Shown here: one piece after another, positions 8,880 through 18,354 of the stretch
Numbering within the stretch: position 1 is the stretch's first letter
How the letters are laid out: each line of letters begins with the position of its first letter
Source of the DNA: a virus
Virus record (IMG/VR): IMGVR_UViG_3300049324_000002
Location: 82,491 to 146,490 of that record
DNA: 64,000 nucleotides
Reading direction: 5' to 3' (one strand)
Notes under the pieces: generated by a model
What the model was told of the DNA's origin: nothing
Databases searched by the model: none
What the model saw: only the letters and a program-made list of their open reading frames with translations
Program-made: the position numbers and the translations under genes

Positions 8880-9382
8880 CCCTTACAGTCAGTAGCAGTA
8901 TCGTTATTATCAATCTGGAAAGGAAGGTCAGTCGAACGGAAATCTTCCATAGAGAACTTACGCGTATCAGCATTATACTTGCCCACAAGAGCAACACAGT
9001 ACTGCTCTTGACCAATAAGCTGAGTCTTCAACTGAGGATTAGTAGGATCCTGAGCAATAGCCAAAGAACTGATCACGACAGTACGGTCGGCAGCAAGAAT
9101 ATCCTGATACCGAGTCTCAAACAACTCCTGAGCCTTCACACGATTAGGCCCAGCATTCTTAATCTTCTGTGCATCCCCCTGACCCTTAATATCACTAGAG
9201 AACACACCAAACGCCCACAATGCAATACTCAACGCACCAACAAGTATAACCGCAATAACCGCTAGAACCCAACCCCACGCAAGAGCGCCAGCGGCACCCC
9301 GCACCGGATGCGCCTCAAACCTAGCCTCACGCGTCTCCCAATCACGAGCCACCGCACACACCCCTAACGTTAGGTACCACAC
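8876..9382 (-). CDS. single-pass membrane protein
   Basis: One TM then extracytoplasmic helical domain; 4-bp overlap with the lipoprotein gene; true start may be a few codons in. Confidence 0.8.
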   Translation of the reverse strand: MWYLTLGVCAVARDWETREARFEAHPVRGAAGALAWGWVLAVIAVILVGALSIALWAFGVFSSDIKGQGDAQKIKNAGPNRVKAQELFETRYQDILAADRTVVISSLAIAQDPTNPQLKTQLIGQEQYCVALVGKYNADTRKFSMEDFRSTDLPFQIDNNDTATDCKG

Positions 9383-9398
9383 ACTGACTAAGCAATAG

Positions 9399-9662
9399 TC
9401 AGGAAACCTTCACACCCTTACCAGTCTTCTCCACAGACGCGTACCACTTACGACTCTTCGCTGGATCAGGGCCAACCACATTAAGAATCGTACCAGCAGG
9501 AACCTCATCGCCACGAATCAAAGACTGCGAACCAAACTGTGACGTAGGATAAAAAGTAATGGTCTGAGGATTCTTCTTTATAGCCTCACCTAAAGCTTTC
9601 TTAGTAGGAACATTACTACCATCAGCGTTCCTAGCACCAACATTAATGTGATCAGCCATCAC
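9399..9662 (-). CDS. hypothetical protein
   Basis: ORF with VVGPDP..RKWYA motif. Confidence 0.75.
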   Translation of the reverse strand: MMADHINVGARNADGSNVPTKKALGEAIKKNPQTITFYPTSQFGSQSLIRGDEVPAGTILNVVGPDPAKSRKWYASVEKTGKGVKVS

Positions 9663-10276
9663 GAACTCCCAGCAGTAGCAGGATCATACAACTTAGGCTG
9701 TATGACACGAACACCAGAATCAGACCCAGCGGAAATATGTCTCGACACCATACGAGTATTCAACCGCTCACGATCCGACAAAATATCGGCAAGCAACTCA
9801 ATCACAGGCCAATTACGTAAGATGATTTTATCAGTCTCAAGCCTTGCACCAGCCTCACTAAAGTCTTCGAGATGCTGAGCAATATTACGATAATTATTCA
9901 TATCAGTGCCAGATCCAGGACGAGTAATACCACGCGCCTCCGATATCGAAAACCCATACGTCCTAGACAACCACAACGACTCAGCCTCTTGACCAGCAAG
10001 ACAACCATAACAAAGGATCTTCAAATCCTCCCAATCAATCACATACTGAAGCTTCTCACCATAAGACTTAGGCATCGTCCAACACGTCTCACCAGAAAAC
10101 TGTGAACTAAGGAAAGCCTTCTGAATGGTTACACTCGTCACCACCAACCCGGCCAGGGAGCGTAACAGCGCATGCCCCATCTCATGGACGGCGGTACCGA
10201 CACGCCAATCAATCTCAACAGTCTCCACGGAGGATCCTACCGAGAATGAAGCTGCCGTAAAGCCTCCCGCTTCCAC
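9659..10276 (-). CDS. stand-alone FtsH/M41-like zinc metallopeptidase domain protein
   Basis: AVHEMGHA, LAGQEAE, GSGTD, NWPVIELLADIL. Confidence 0.8.
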   Translation of the reverse strand: MEAGGFTAASFSVGSSVETVEIDWRVGTAVHEMGHALLRSLAGLVVTSVTIQKAFLSSQFSGETCWTMPKSYGEKLQYVIDWEDLKILCYGCLAGQEAESLWLSRTYGFSISEARGITRPGSGTDMNNYRNIAQHLEDFSEAGARLETDKIILRNWPVIELLADILSDRERLNTRMVSRHISAGSDSGVRVIQPKLYDPATAGSS

Positions 10277-10346
10277 TCCACCCTCGCCCGCCTACGCGCG
10301 TGCAACCCCACCCCAAGCACCCACGACGAAAACACCACCACCGTAA

Positions 10347-10565
10347 CTAGCATGCATCATCGTACCGACAAACCTGATTACCAAACCACTTACCATGCAC
10401 ACGACGAAAATGCTTCTCGCCATCACTCCAAACCTGCACAACCAACGTCCCGTACTTATCAGCAGGAACTACAACACGAACAGTATAAGACTTATAAGGC
10501 CAAGCAGGAATACGATAAGAAAGCTGCCATACCTCATCGAAAGAAGGACTCGGCACCGCACCCAT
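10347..10565 (-). CDS. hypothetical protein
   Basis: ORF. Confidence 0.55.
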   Translation of the reverse strand: MGAVPSPSFDEVWQLSYRIPAWPYKSYTVRVVVPADKYGTLVVQVWSDGEKHFRRVHGKWFGNQVCRYDDAC

Positions 10566-10573
10566 CTAAACTC

Positions 10574-10744
10574 CTAACTCAGCTTCCTGTCGAAATCAGA
10601 CAACGGTATTGTACGAACATAATTCTGGTAATCGACTCTGACAACTTTCTCCTCGTCTGGAAGAGACAGAATAAACACTTCAACCGGGCCGTAAGGAGAA
10701 CCTCGCTTCAACACCCATCTCTCACAAGGCTCAGGATTAACCAT
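10574..10744 (-). CDS. 56-aa SH3-like protein (family B; below ORF-track cutoff)
   Basis: Hand-translated MVNPEPCERWVLKRG...LPDEEKVVRVDYQNYVRTIPLSDF; TGATG coupling to upstream gene. Confidence 0.6.
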   Translation of the reverse strand: MVNPEPCERWVLKRGSPYGPVEVFILSLPDEEKVVRVDYQNYVRTIPLSDFDRKLS

Positions 10745-11058
10745 CACTCTTCAATCTCTTCAAGAAAATCATTAATATCAACATAAGCAACAACCGTACG
10801 AAGAACGCGAACCCGGCCATCAGTAGATGGCTCCTGTACTACGCGCACAGTCTCAGTAGCGCCATTTGCAACGCCCAAAGTAGCAACAATCCACCACTCA
10901 CCGGGAGCAGGCTCCATTTTATTATGGTCGAAAGCCATATCATCCATCTCCTTCCGCAAGAAATGCGCGAGCCGCCGTAAGTCCGCTAGGAGTGAGAACA
11001 ATAACAGCGCCAATATTAGCGTCAAGCTCAAGGCGACCGAAATAATCAGGTAGTCCAT
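10744..11058 (-). CDS. SH3-like protein with N-terminal TM (family B)
   Basis: EPSTDGRVRV...YVDINDF. Confidence 0.6.
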   Translation of the reverse strand: MDYLIISVALSLTLILALLLFSLLADLRRLAHFLRKEMDDMAFDHNKMEPAPGEWWIVATLGVANGATETVRVVQEPSTDGRVRVLRTVVAYVDINDFLEEIEE

Positions 11059-11413
11059 TTGGCGTACCTCTTAATTCAATAAAGCTCCAATCAAGAAGCT
11101 CCTGGATAACACCATTATGGTACGTATTCATACGAACCAAATCACCAAGAGGATTAAGAATAATCAATCCATACTTACGAACAGTATCAGACGCAATAAC
11201 AAGATAGCTAGTAGAGTCATTAACATCTTCCAACTCTTCCAGCAACTGCCGTGCTTCATCACTTATAGAAGGCAACCCTCGATCAGACATCGGAACACCA
11301 TTCCTCAATCCATACAACGAATCCCCATACAATGACTTCCAGTACAACCCAAACCTATGAACTAAATCACAAGCCTCCTCCAAAGTAATTTCTCGGTTTT
11401 CAGGAACCCACAT
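10940..11413 (-). CDS. hypothetical protein
   Basis: ORF; 3' end overlaps next ORF, so boundaries uncertain. Confidence 0.55.
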   Translation of the reverse strand: MWVPENREITLEEACDLVHRFGLYWKSLYGDSLYGLRNGVPMSDRGLPSISDEARQLLEELEDVNDSTSYLVIASDTVRKYGLIILNPLGDLVRMNTYHNGVIQELLDWSFIELRGTPNGLPDYFGRLELDANIGAVIVLTPSGLTAARAFLAEGDG

Positions 11414-11598
11414 TATGACTCCCTAAGATCCGATACATTAACAAGCACGCTAGTCATCTTCAAAGTAAACCCAACCAAGACAGTACCATCCTCAGAAGGA
11501 TAATCCTCAAGCTCAACAAGCAATTGCTGTGAGGGCACTGGAATACTCATGCCAGAACGACCAACGAGAGTAACAATTTTGCCTGGATAAAGTCTCAT
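11413..11598 (-). CDS. SH3-like protein (family B)
   Basis: PSEDGTVLV...VNVSDL. Confidence 0.65.
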   Translation of the reverse strand: MRLYPGKIVTLVGRSGMSIPVPSQQLLVELEDYPSEDGTVLVGFTLKMTSVLVNVSDLRES

Positions 11599-11601
11599 CT
11601 C

Positions 11602-11787
11602 TTAACTCGCTATCTCTTGTAAATCAGACGCATGAACATGAGTATAAACCATAAACGAAACTAACACAGTACCATCATCAAGAAGAGGGGGACGCTCAAC
11701 CCACACTATCAAATCACTAGGAAGACGAATATCCAACTGTGCATCATCACGCAAAACCATATGACGACCACTATCAATATTCATCAC
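11602..11787 (-). CDS. SH3-like protein (family B)
   Basis: LDDGTVLV...VHASDL. Confidence 0.65.
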   Translation of the reverse strand: MMNIDSGRHMVLRDDAQLDIRLPSDLIVWVERPPLLDDGTVLVSFMVYTHVHASDLQEIAS

Positions 11788-12194
11788 AAATGCCTTTCCG
11801 CCAAATCACTTACATGCACTAAACAAGTACATCTCACAGAAACCAACCCTGCATCATTCGGGCCATTCATAATCTTCACTGCACGCCCCGTAAAATTAGG
11901 GACTGCGTGCGGCGCAAGAAAATAGTACTCGCCAGGGTGTACAGGACGAACCGGCTCAAGATCCGGCTGCTCCAGCGCCAGTATCGTCTCCCTACGAGGC
12001 CACGTGTCACGACCACGATGCCACTCCATCTCGGGCTCTGTCCAAACATCCAACTCAAGGATATATACCTCGCGAGTGATATCGTAACCAATCACAGTAG
12101 CCGAACCACCAAGCTGATACGAGTCAGGATCCTCCATACAAAAAACACGCGCGCCATTAGGATAACGATCAAACGGAGGAAGATCCGACATCAC
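11784..12194 (-). CDS. tandem SH3-like protein (family B)
   Basis: GPNDAGLVSV...VHVSDL. Confidence 0.65.
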   Translation of the reverse strand: MMSDLPPFDRYPNGARVFCMEDPDSYQLGGSATVIGYDITREVYILELDVWTEPEMEWHRGRDTWPRRETILALEQPDLEPVRPVHPGEYYFLAPHAVPNFTGRAVKIMNGPNDAGLVSVRCTCLVHVSDLAERHL

Positions 12195-12299
12195 AACTCC
12201 TAGCGGTAGAACAGATGGTTAGCGTAATTCGTACCAAGATTAATTCCATAACACAAAGCCAAAACCAGAACAACAACACCAAGAACTAAAACAGTCCAG

Positions 12300-12665
12300 T
12301 TAACTCTCATCCGCAAGACCCAACTCCCTCTCCAACGCCTCCACCCGACCAGCCAACTCGATGCCAAAATCAGTCATCACATGCCTAGCCATAGCGCCCG
12401 CACAAGCCGAACGCTCCGCGCTATCCGCAGGAAACAACGTAACAGGGAAACAATCAGCAACAGCAAAACACTTATTCTTCCATTCCTTCAACTCAGTAAG
12501 AACTGCCTGCTTCTCAGCCTTCACATAACTATCCATCACAACCCCAATGCCAGGCAGATCGCAAACAGGACACCACCGACAGTCACGAAAAAGAACACCA
12601 GCGGTAGCAGCATGACACCTCCTACCGAGAACTACAGTCACTACCAGCAACACCAACAAGTACAA
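12300..12665 (-). CDS. hypothetical protein (probable start at internal MDSYV)
   Basis: ORF. Confidence 0.5.
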   Translation of the reverse strand: MYLLVLLVVTVVLGRRCHAATAGVLFRDCRWCPVCDLPGIGVVMDSYVKAEKQAVLTELKEWKNKCFAVADCFPVTLFPADSAERSACAGAMARHVMTDFGIELAGRVEALERELGLADES

Positions 12666-12841
12666 CTCTACAGGCTCAATGCAAGATTGTCAACTATGCA
12701 GGATCACGAGGTCCCTCCGATCCATCTTCCCGGGGGGCAAATCCAGGGAGCGATCGATCGTAGATCAGTAGACACCGTACATGCGAGGGCGTGACCAGCA
12801 CATACAAGAATTACTGGCGAATACAGAAAGCAAGCGCAACG

Positions 12842-13108
12842 TCAGCCAGTAATAACATGCCAACCTTTAATGATAGTGTAACCAACCACCAATCTATCAA
12901 AACCATCAGAATGCACAAGAACGGGAGAGTCACCAAGAAAATGTGACTTCACCATATCCAACACTAACCCGGCCGCATACTCATACTGACAAGCATACTC
13001 AGTCTGATCAGACATACCATCAAAATAAGATTCCAAAATCCTATTCAACTCTGCAGCCCAATCAGTAGCCGCATCCATACAAGCGGGAGAAGTCACTAAC
13101 TTATTCAT
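12842..13108 (-). CDS. hypothetical protein (paralogue family C)
   Basis: LVTSPACMDAATDWAAELN. Confidence 0.7.
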   Translation of the reverse strand: MNKLVTSPACMDAATDWAAELNRILESYFDGMSDQTEYACQYEYAAGLVLDMVKSHFLGDSPVLVHSDGFDRLVVGYTIIKGWHVITG

Positions 13109-13371
13109 CGATTAACAACCGCCATCCACTGATCAAGCCAAAACCAAACCACCATCATCTGATCAAGAGACACCAACACCGGGTCATCAGTAATAAACGC
13201 ACTACGAGTAGGATGAATCTTCACACCACCAACCTCAAAGTAAAGACCAGCCGCAAACAAAACATCCTCAACATCTAAATCCTTGTCGCGCATACGATCA
13301 TTAAGACGCAGAGCCCACGCATTCGCCTCCCCAACATAAAAAGCATTAGTCACAAGCTCAGAAGTATTCAT
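13105..13371 (-). CDS. hypothetical protein (paralogue family C)
   Basis: LVTNAFYVGEANAWALRLN. Confidence 0.7.
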   Translation of the reverse strand: MNTSELVTNAFYVGEANAWALRLNDRMRDKDLDVEDVLFAAGLYFEVGGVKIHPTRSAFITDDPVLVSLDQMMVVWFWLDQWMAVVNR

Positions 13372-13553
13372 CGTTGCCTCAACTTTATAGGAACTCTCAC
13401 CCTAACAAGCTTACCATTCTCAACATCCCACGTCGCATGCAACACATCATACGTATTACCATGCAGCGCCACACGATCACTATCCGGGGGGACAGCCGGG
13501 AGAACCACATCGTAATAAGAATTGTCGGGAAAAACAAACCTAACGTCCATCAC
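13368..13553 (-). CDS. hypothetical protein
   Basis: ORF with ATGA overlap. Confidence 0.6.
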   Translation of the reverse strand: MMDVRFVFPDNSYYDVVLPAVPPDSDRVALHGNTYDVLHATWDVENGKLVRVRVPIKLRQR

Positions 13554-13565
13554 CCAACCTCACAA

Positions 13566-13880
13566 TCATCGTGGTTCCAACACCGCAAAGAAGCCCTCAC
13601 CCGGGCTCAACCGAACAACAAGCAACCCAGTATAAGACACCAACCGCACATCATCCCGAGTAAAATCACACAACTTCTTATCCAACCTCACATTACCAGC
13701 AACACCAGTCAACAAAGCATTATCAATAACAGTATCCTCTCCCCAATCATGCATCCTCGAAGTCAAAGACAACGCCCAACCCACCGCCATCTGCCCACAA
13801 CCAGGAGCGGTCACAAACTCAGTCTTAGACATTAGAAACCACAATCCACTCATCACAAGCATGAACATACCTAATAACAA
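13566..13880 (-). CDS. hypothetical protein (paralogue family C; probable start MSKTE)
   Basis: FVTAPGCGQMAVGWALSL. Confidence 0.6.
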   Translation of the reverse strand: MLLGMFMLVMSGLWFLMSKTEFVTAPGCGQMAVGWALSLTSRMHDWGEDTVIDNALLTGVAGNVRLDKKLCDFTRDDVRLVSYTGLLVVRLSPGEGFFAVLEPR

Positions 13881-14094
13881 ACCAACGATTAATCGACACT
13901 AACAAAGCACCACGAATAGTGAAATCACTCACATTGCGATCCAACCAAACATCACAAACATTCGCATGCTGCTGAGCCTGCTCCAACACCCCAGCTACAC
14001 CAACATGACCAGTAAACTGATCCACCGCGTCACACCACAACTGAGCAAAATCAACATAGTCAGGATGACTCACAGGATCGGCAAAAAACATCAC
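13825..14094 (-). CDS. hypothetical protein (paralogue family C)
   Basis: PVSHPDYVDFAQLWCDAV. Confidence 0.6.
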   Translation of the reverse strand: MMFFADPVSHPDYVDFAQLWCDAVDQFTGHVGVAGVLEQAQQHANVCDVWLDRNVSDFTIRGALLVSINRWFVIRYVHACDEWIVVSNV

Positions 14095-14216
14095 AACTCA
14101 CTCTCTAAAACATCAACGAGAATTCCCAATCGCCTCCGCAATCTCAATCGCAGAAGTCAACGTCGCATCCGTAATAACAGCAGCATCAACCTGAGTCATT
14201 TCCTCAGCCACAACAC

Positions 14217-14492
14217 TCACCTCCTCACACGCCACGAATCTCTGGCAAACACAACAACCTTGTTCTGATCAAAAGAAACCAACACCACAAACATCCCACC
14301 CGGGCCATGACTCACAGACGAAGCAACACAAGAAATCGATTCCTCCGCAGTCCACCCCAACGCAAAAGCAGTATCAACCTGCGCCTCAACCAAACGATAA
14401 TTATTGCGAAGCTGAAAATTCAACTCATCAACCCAAGACTGCGCCTCATCATCAAACTCAGGCTCCGTCACCAACCTCGAAGTGTTCGTCAT
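14217..14492 (-). CDS. hypothetical protein (family C; leaderless MTNT start)
   Basis: LVTEPEFDDEAQSWVDELN; TTGTCG-N17-TAGGAT-N6-ATG. Confidence 0.75.
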   Translation of the reverse strand: MTNTSRLVTEPEFDDEAQSWVDELNFQLRNNYRLVEAQVDTAFALGWTAEESISCVASSVSHGPGGMFVVLVSFDQNKVVVFARDSWRVRR

Positions 14493-14758
14493 ACACACAT
14501 CCTACCGTACATCACACACAACGACAACCTGGGGTACAACAAAACAGGGGGTTTCGTTGGAACTAGAGCCCGAACCTACAACGAACGTTGCACCCCCAGC
14601 CACACCACACCGGGGCTGTGTTGGAGCCTCCCGCCCTCATCCACCCGGCCCGCCAGCCACACTCCAACCCAGCATTGGCGCCGCTTGGTCACACCTTGGA
14701 CAAAGCTAGGAACCGAAACAATCCAACCTAAAAACCCAGTAAAAACTGATAGAAAGGA

Positions 14759-15620
14759 AACGGGACTCCGGCTATGGGACCCATCGGTTTTAGCGTAAAG
14801 GCAGTCAAAATTTTAGATAAGAGAATCCCGTTCTGGAGGGGTTTCTGTGGACACCCCCTAGAACAAACATGGGGAACAGGGGTTAAAAAATGGACATGCT
14901 ACAAATGCTTATCAGTCTTTGTGCTGGACGAAGTAGAACAGGTGTGGAAACACGAAGACGGTAGACCAACAGTATGGCACAGCCTCGGAATCAAATGAGG
15001 GAGAGAGAGAAGTACAGAATACAAAATTGCAAACAGCTAAAGGACAACCACAGCGGGAGACACCCAGAGAGTTGAAGATTAAGAGCATCGTAAACCCGTA
15101 CTCGTAAAACAGAAAATATGGGACCCAACCATAAAGGACCCGTATGGGACCCATTGGAAAAATCGAAAATAGTTACTATGAAAATCGGTAGCTCCAAAAC
15201 TGGGAGCGGCTGGGAGCTAGCTTGGAACTCCCAGGTCAGAAAGGAGATCGTGAATGCGTATGCATGGGACCCCGCGTGCAACTGGTGGGGGCTGATGCCA
15301 CGACGCAACGGGACTCCGACGATGGGTCCCCCTATAAGCCAAATCCTAGATACAATCCTACCACACATCGTAGAACCAGTCAAGCTAGTAGGATCACACG
15401 ATTGGGTGACTAGGCGAGGGCTAACGGAGGGCCGCGCACATACAACCCACACAGAGGGCAAAGCAAAAGCACAATGAATTCATGCATTAAAATAAAACGA
15501 TTTAAAAGAATGAACTAAAGTAATTCACACAATGCAATAGAACACACTAGGCTAATGCATTCATCACATACATGCAATGCAATCATGAATCAATCATCAC
15601 ACATACACACAATGCAATAG
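14759..15620. repeat. ATGGG(A/T)CCC palindrome repeats plus AT-rich tract; candidate origin/terminus region
   Basis: Motif at 14774, 15118, 15144, 15264, 15322; ~24-bp near-duplicate 14759/15307; AT-rich 15475-15560; CACACAATGCAATAGA twice. Confidence 0.5.
14774..14998 (+). CDS. possible small Zn-ribbon protein on the plus strand
   Basis: CGH...CYKC in a region where the strand skew relaxes. Confidence 0.35.
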   Translation: MGPIGFSVKAVKILDKRIPFWRGFCGHPLEQTWGTGVKKWTCYKCLSVFVLDEVEQVWKHEDGRPTVWHSLGIK

Positions 15621-15630
15621 AGTACACACA

Positions 15631-16059
15631 TCACACACGGTGACGTGCGTGCGCACGTGCATGTGCACCCCACGTAGGCTTGACCACAGACACCCACACC
15701 ACCACCAACAAGACACCCACACACAACACCCGTGCCCACCACACCACCACCCACACAGGAGGCCACCACACCACCCACGTGCCCACACCCACCACCACCG
15801 TGGTCAGGCACACCTTCACCCACACCCACCCGGCCCGCCACCACGGTGAGGACAGGGCCAACAACAGACCGCTCCCCACCGCCACCCCAGACGCCATACA
15901 CAAGGGCAACAACACCACCCTGCAGAGCAGCACCACCAACACAGGTGACCCCCACACAGCACACACCACCACAACACCCAGTACAGCCCACCAACCCACA
16001 GAAGACACAATATGAACAACAACAATCAATTGACGTAAAGGACCACGTAAACAACGCAT
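15631..16059 (-). CDS. integral membrane protein, DUF2269-like
   Basis: VHIVSSVGW...WVWVKV...SVVKPTWG pattern; 4 TM. Confidence 0.7.
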   Translation of the reverse strand: MRCLRGPLRQLIVVVHIVSSVGWWAVLGVVVVCAVWGSPVLVVLLCRVVLLPLCMASGVAVGSGLLLALSSPWWRAGWVWVKVCLTTVVVGVGTWVVWWPPVWVVVWWARVLCVGVLLVVVWVSVVKPTWGAHARAHARHRV

Positions 16060-16435
16060 AGGGACGGCCCTATATAAAGGCCTGTCTAGAAAGGCCCCTT
16101 TACGGAAAGCCGGTACTTGAGGGGGGTTTACAGTCACGATTCAATCCCCTGAATTGAAGAACCCAATAACCGGGATTCCCCATACAACGAACCCAGGAGA
16201 AACAAGAAACGGGCCTACGAAAAATCGTAGAACCCGTTCCCTGGATAAAGCCTATTTAGTTTAGATTCAGAGCCCGAAAGTTGATTTACCCTTCCTTTCC
16301 CGCCTATCCAACCACAAACCAATTCCTGCAAGAATCGTACAAAGAAGTGCGCCCACTGCCATCCACAAAAGGAAACTAATCAAACCACTTAAGATATCCA
16401 TTCTAGAAAGCCCCCTAAATTGCAATGAACGAATA

Positions 16436-16627
16436 TCAGCTAAGCGATTTAAGCGGAACCCAAGAAATGCGATTACTACCATCAAATCTCACCGGAACCG
16501 TACCATCATCGGAAACAGGCCCCATAACATAAGCCTGACCAATCTTATCCGTATCAAAACCCACATTCACATAAACTTCGGAGTCCTTGAAAATCCTGGA
16601 GGGATCGATCCATTTGGAGTTCGTCAT
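16436..16627 (-). CDS. SH3-like protein (leaderless MTNS start)
   Basis: TTGCGT-N17-TATGCT-N6-ATG; GPVSDDGTVPV. Confidence 0.7.
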   Translation of the reverse strand: MTNSKWIDPSRIFKDSEVYVNVGFDTDKIGQAYVMGPVSDDGTVPVRFDGSNRISWVPLKSLS

Positions 16628-16678
16628 GCTAGAAGCATAGCACCACCACGCGGACAACGCAAGTAGGTAAACCCTGTA

Positions 16679-17074
16679 TCACCCGTTCGGGTTGACGCGA
16701 CCAGACTTATCGACCACATCAGGCGTCAAGCGGAACGCACCCGCAAACTCCAACCCCGGGGGCAGCGCAGGACGGCCACGCTTCACAGACCCGCTACGTG
16801 GGGCAGAGCGGGACGGTGACGGCCTAGCAGCCACACGCGGGACACCACCCACCCGGCCCGCAGAGCGGGACACAGCAGGCACCGCAGCAGGCTCAAACAG
16901 CCCGTCAGAAACAACCTCGTCAGCAGGCGCATCACACAGCACGTACGGCTCACCAGACACCGGAACCGCAGCGCACGGCAAGTGCGAATCAAACGCACCC
17001 ACAGACGGGAAAACAACGTGGCAAGAACCACACCCCGCAGATTCAGCATTCCAGCCATTCGGATACCTAGCCAT
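16679..17074 (-). CDS. hypothetical protein with N-terminal C2H-type zinc finger
   Basis: CGSCHVVF..VGAFDSH; basic GRP motif. Confidence 0.65.
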   Translation of the reverse strand: MARYPNGWNAESAGCGSCHVVFPSVGAFDSHLPCAAVPVSGEPYVLCDAPADEVVSDGLFEPAAVPAVSRSAGRVGGVPRVAARPSPSRSAPRSGSVKRGRPALPPGLEFAGAFRLTPDVVDKSGRVNPNG

Positions 17075-17225
17075 AGTAGGTCCTACCGCCTAACCAAAGA
17101 AGCCCGCACAAACCGCCAAAGATCGTAGCCAATCAGAAAACACAAAGCAAACCACAAAGAATTATCTGAAACAACATCCCACACCGAACGAAACACATCA
17201 ACAACAAATGAAACAAGCATTGCAA

Positions 17226-17465
17226 TCACGCCACTTCGAGTTGGTCAGCAACCAAACCTGAACAAATCTTTTCCACTCCACCCTCAACCGACGACGATTC
17301 AAAGCGGCAGGAAAGGCCCCCGTCACGATTTGCGAACGTCATCGAGTAGGACCACGTAACCGCGTGCACGTAAACCGGTAACGAGTTGGGAACCAAAGTG
17401 ATTGGCACTAAAACCGACCCAATCACCGCAACGATCGAAGCAAGCACACCCATGATGTTCGTCAT
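17226..17465 (-). CDS. small secreted/membrane protein (MTNI start)
   Basis: N-terminal hydrophobic segment. Confidence 0.55.
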   Translation of the reverse strand: MTNIMGVLASIVAVIGSVLVPITLVPNSLPVYVHAVTWSYSMTFANRDGGLSCRFESSSVEGGVEKICSGLVADQLEVA

Positions 17466-17767
17466 ACCCGTATGTCGGTGCAGCGACCGCAAACGTTACA
17501 CCAGGGGAAATGAAAAATTCCACACGAACGGGCGCGGTTTCAGGCCAGTCCAGGAGTAACGAAAAGCAGACTTACAACGATACACACTATTTAGATATCA
17601 AAGAATACAGGGTCTAACACCTAGCCATTCCACCAGGCCCTTTACCCAATAACAGCCCACCCGGGGGCACAGATACTCATACCGGCTAAACACACATCTC
17701 AATTCATGAAAAGCCAGTCAATCAATGATCGTGATTTGGAGATTGGGGAAGATAAACGAGTCACGAT

Positions 17768-17980
17768 TTAGACGAAGGCAGGCCACACATCCTCACGACC
17801 ATTAAAAGAACGGAACACAGTCATCAAATCTGAATACAATGCACGAACAATGAATACATTTGCCTCCTCGTGAGACACAGAAAGGACAGGTGAATCAGCG
17901 GATTCATTAATTCCATCAAGCACATCCATAACAGAATCGACAGAACCGGGGGCACATATAATCTGCAAAGACTGAAACAT
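17768..17980 (-). CDS. hypothetical protein
   Basis: ORF with GAGG RBS. Confidence 0.6.
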   Translation of the reverse strand: MFQSLQIICAPGSVDSVMDVLDGINESADSPVLSVSHEEANVFIVRALYSDLMTVFRSFNGREDVWPAFV

Positions 17981-18032
17981 TGCAATACCTCACATCACGT
18001 GAAAGAGGATTGAATTGGGGGGAACAATCGAG

Positions 18033-18248
18033 TCAGAACTTAGTTGCACCATAAACGGCACCGCCAAGAGCGATCACAGACAGCAAGGCGAAAGCAATCG
18101 CGTCCAACGGGTGCGGGCTCGTGATCAATGAAGTGGCATAAGCACCACTCACCATCGACACCAACAGCAAGAAGAAAGCCATCACCACATCAGGAAGCTT
18201 AGCGATTCGAGAGGACTTCGAGGACTTGGGGGATTCGGTGTTCGCCAT
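18033..18248 (-). CDS. 2-TM membrane protein (leaderless MANT start)
   Basis: Cassette promoter; two hydrophobic helices. Confidence 0.7.
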   Translation of the reverse strand: MANTESPKSSKSSRIAKLPDVVMAFFLLLVSMVSGAYATSLITSPHPLDAIAFALLSVIALGGAVYGATKF

Positions 18249-18354
18249 AAAAGAAGCATACCGTGAAACCACACACCACGCAAGTCAGTAGACATACACG
18301 ATCAGGTACGTAACGTCAGGGACCCCACCCGCGATAGCGGGCAGGGCCACCAAC

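Noticed and set aside
15590-16061. Apparent CA-rich simple repeat and plus-strand P/T/H-rich ORFs
   Set aside because: Explained by Val/Trp/Gly codons of the minus-strand membrane protein.
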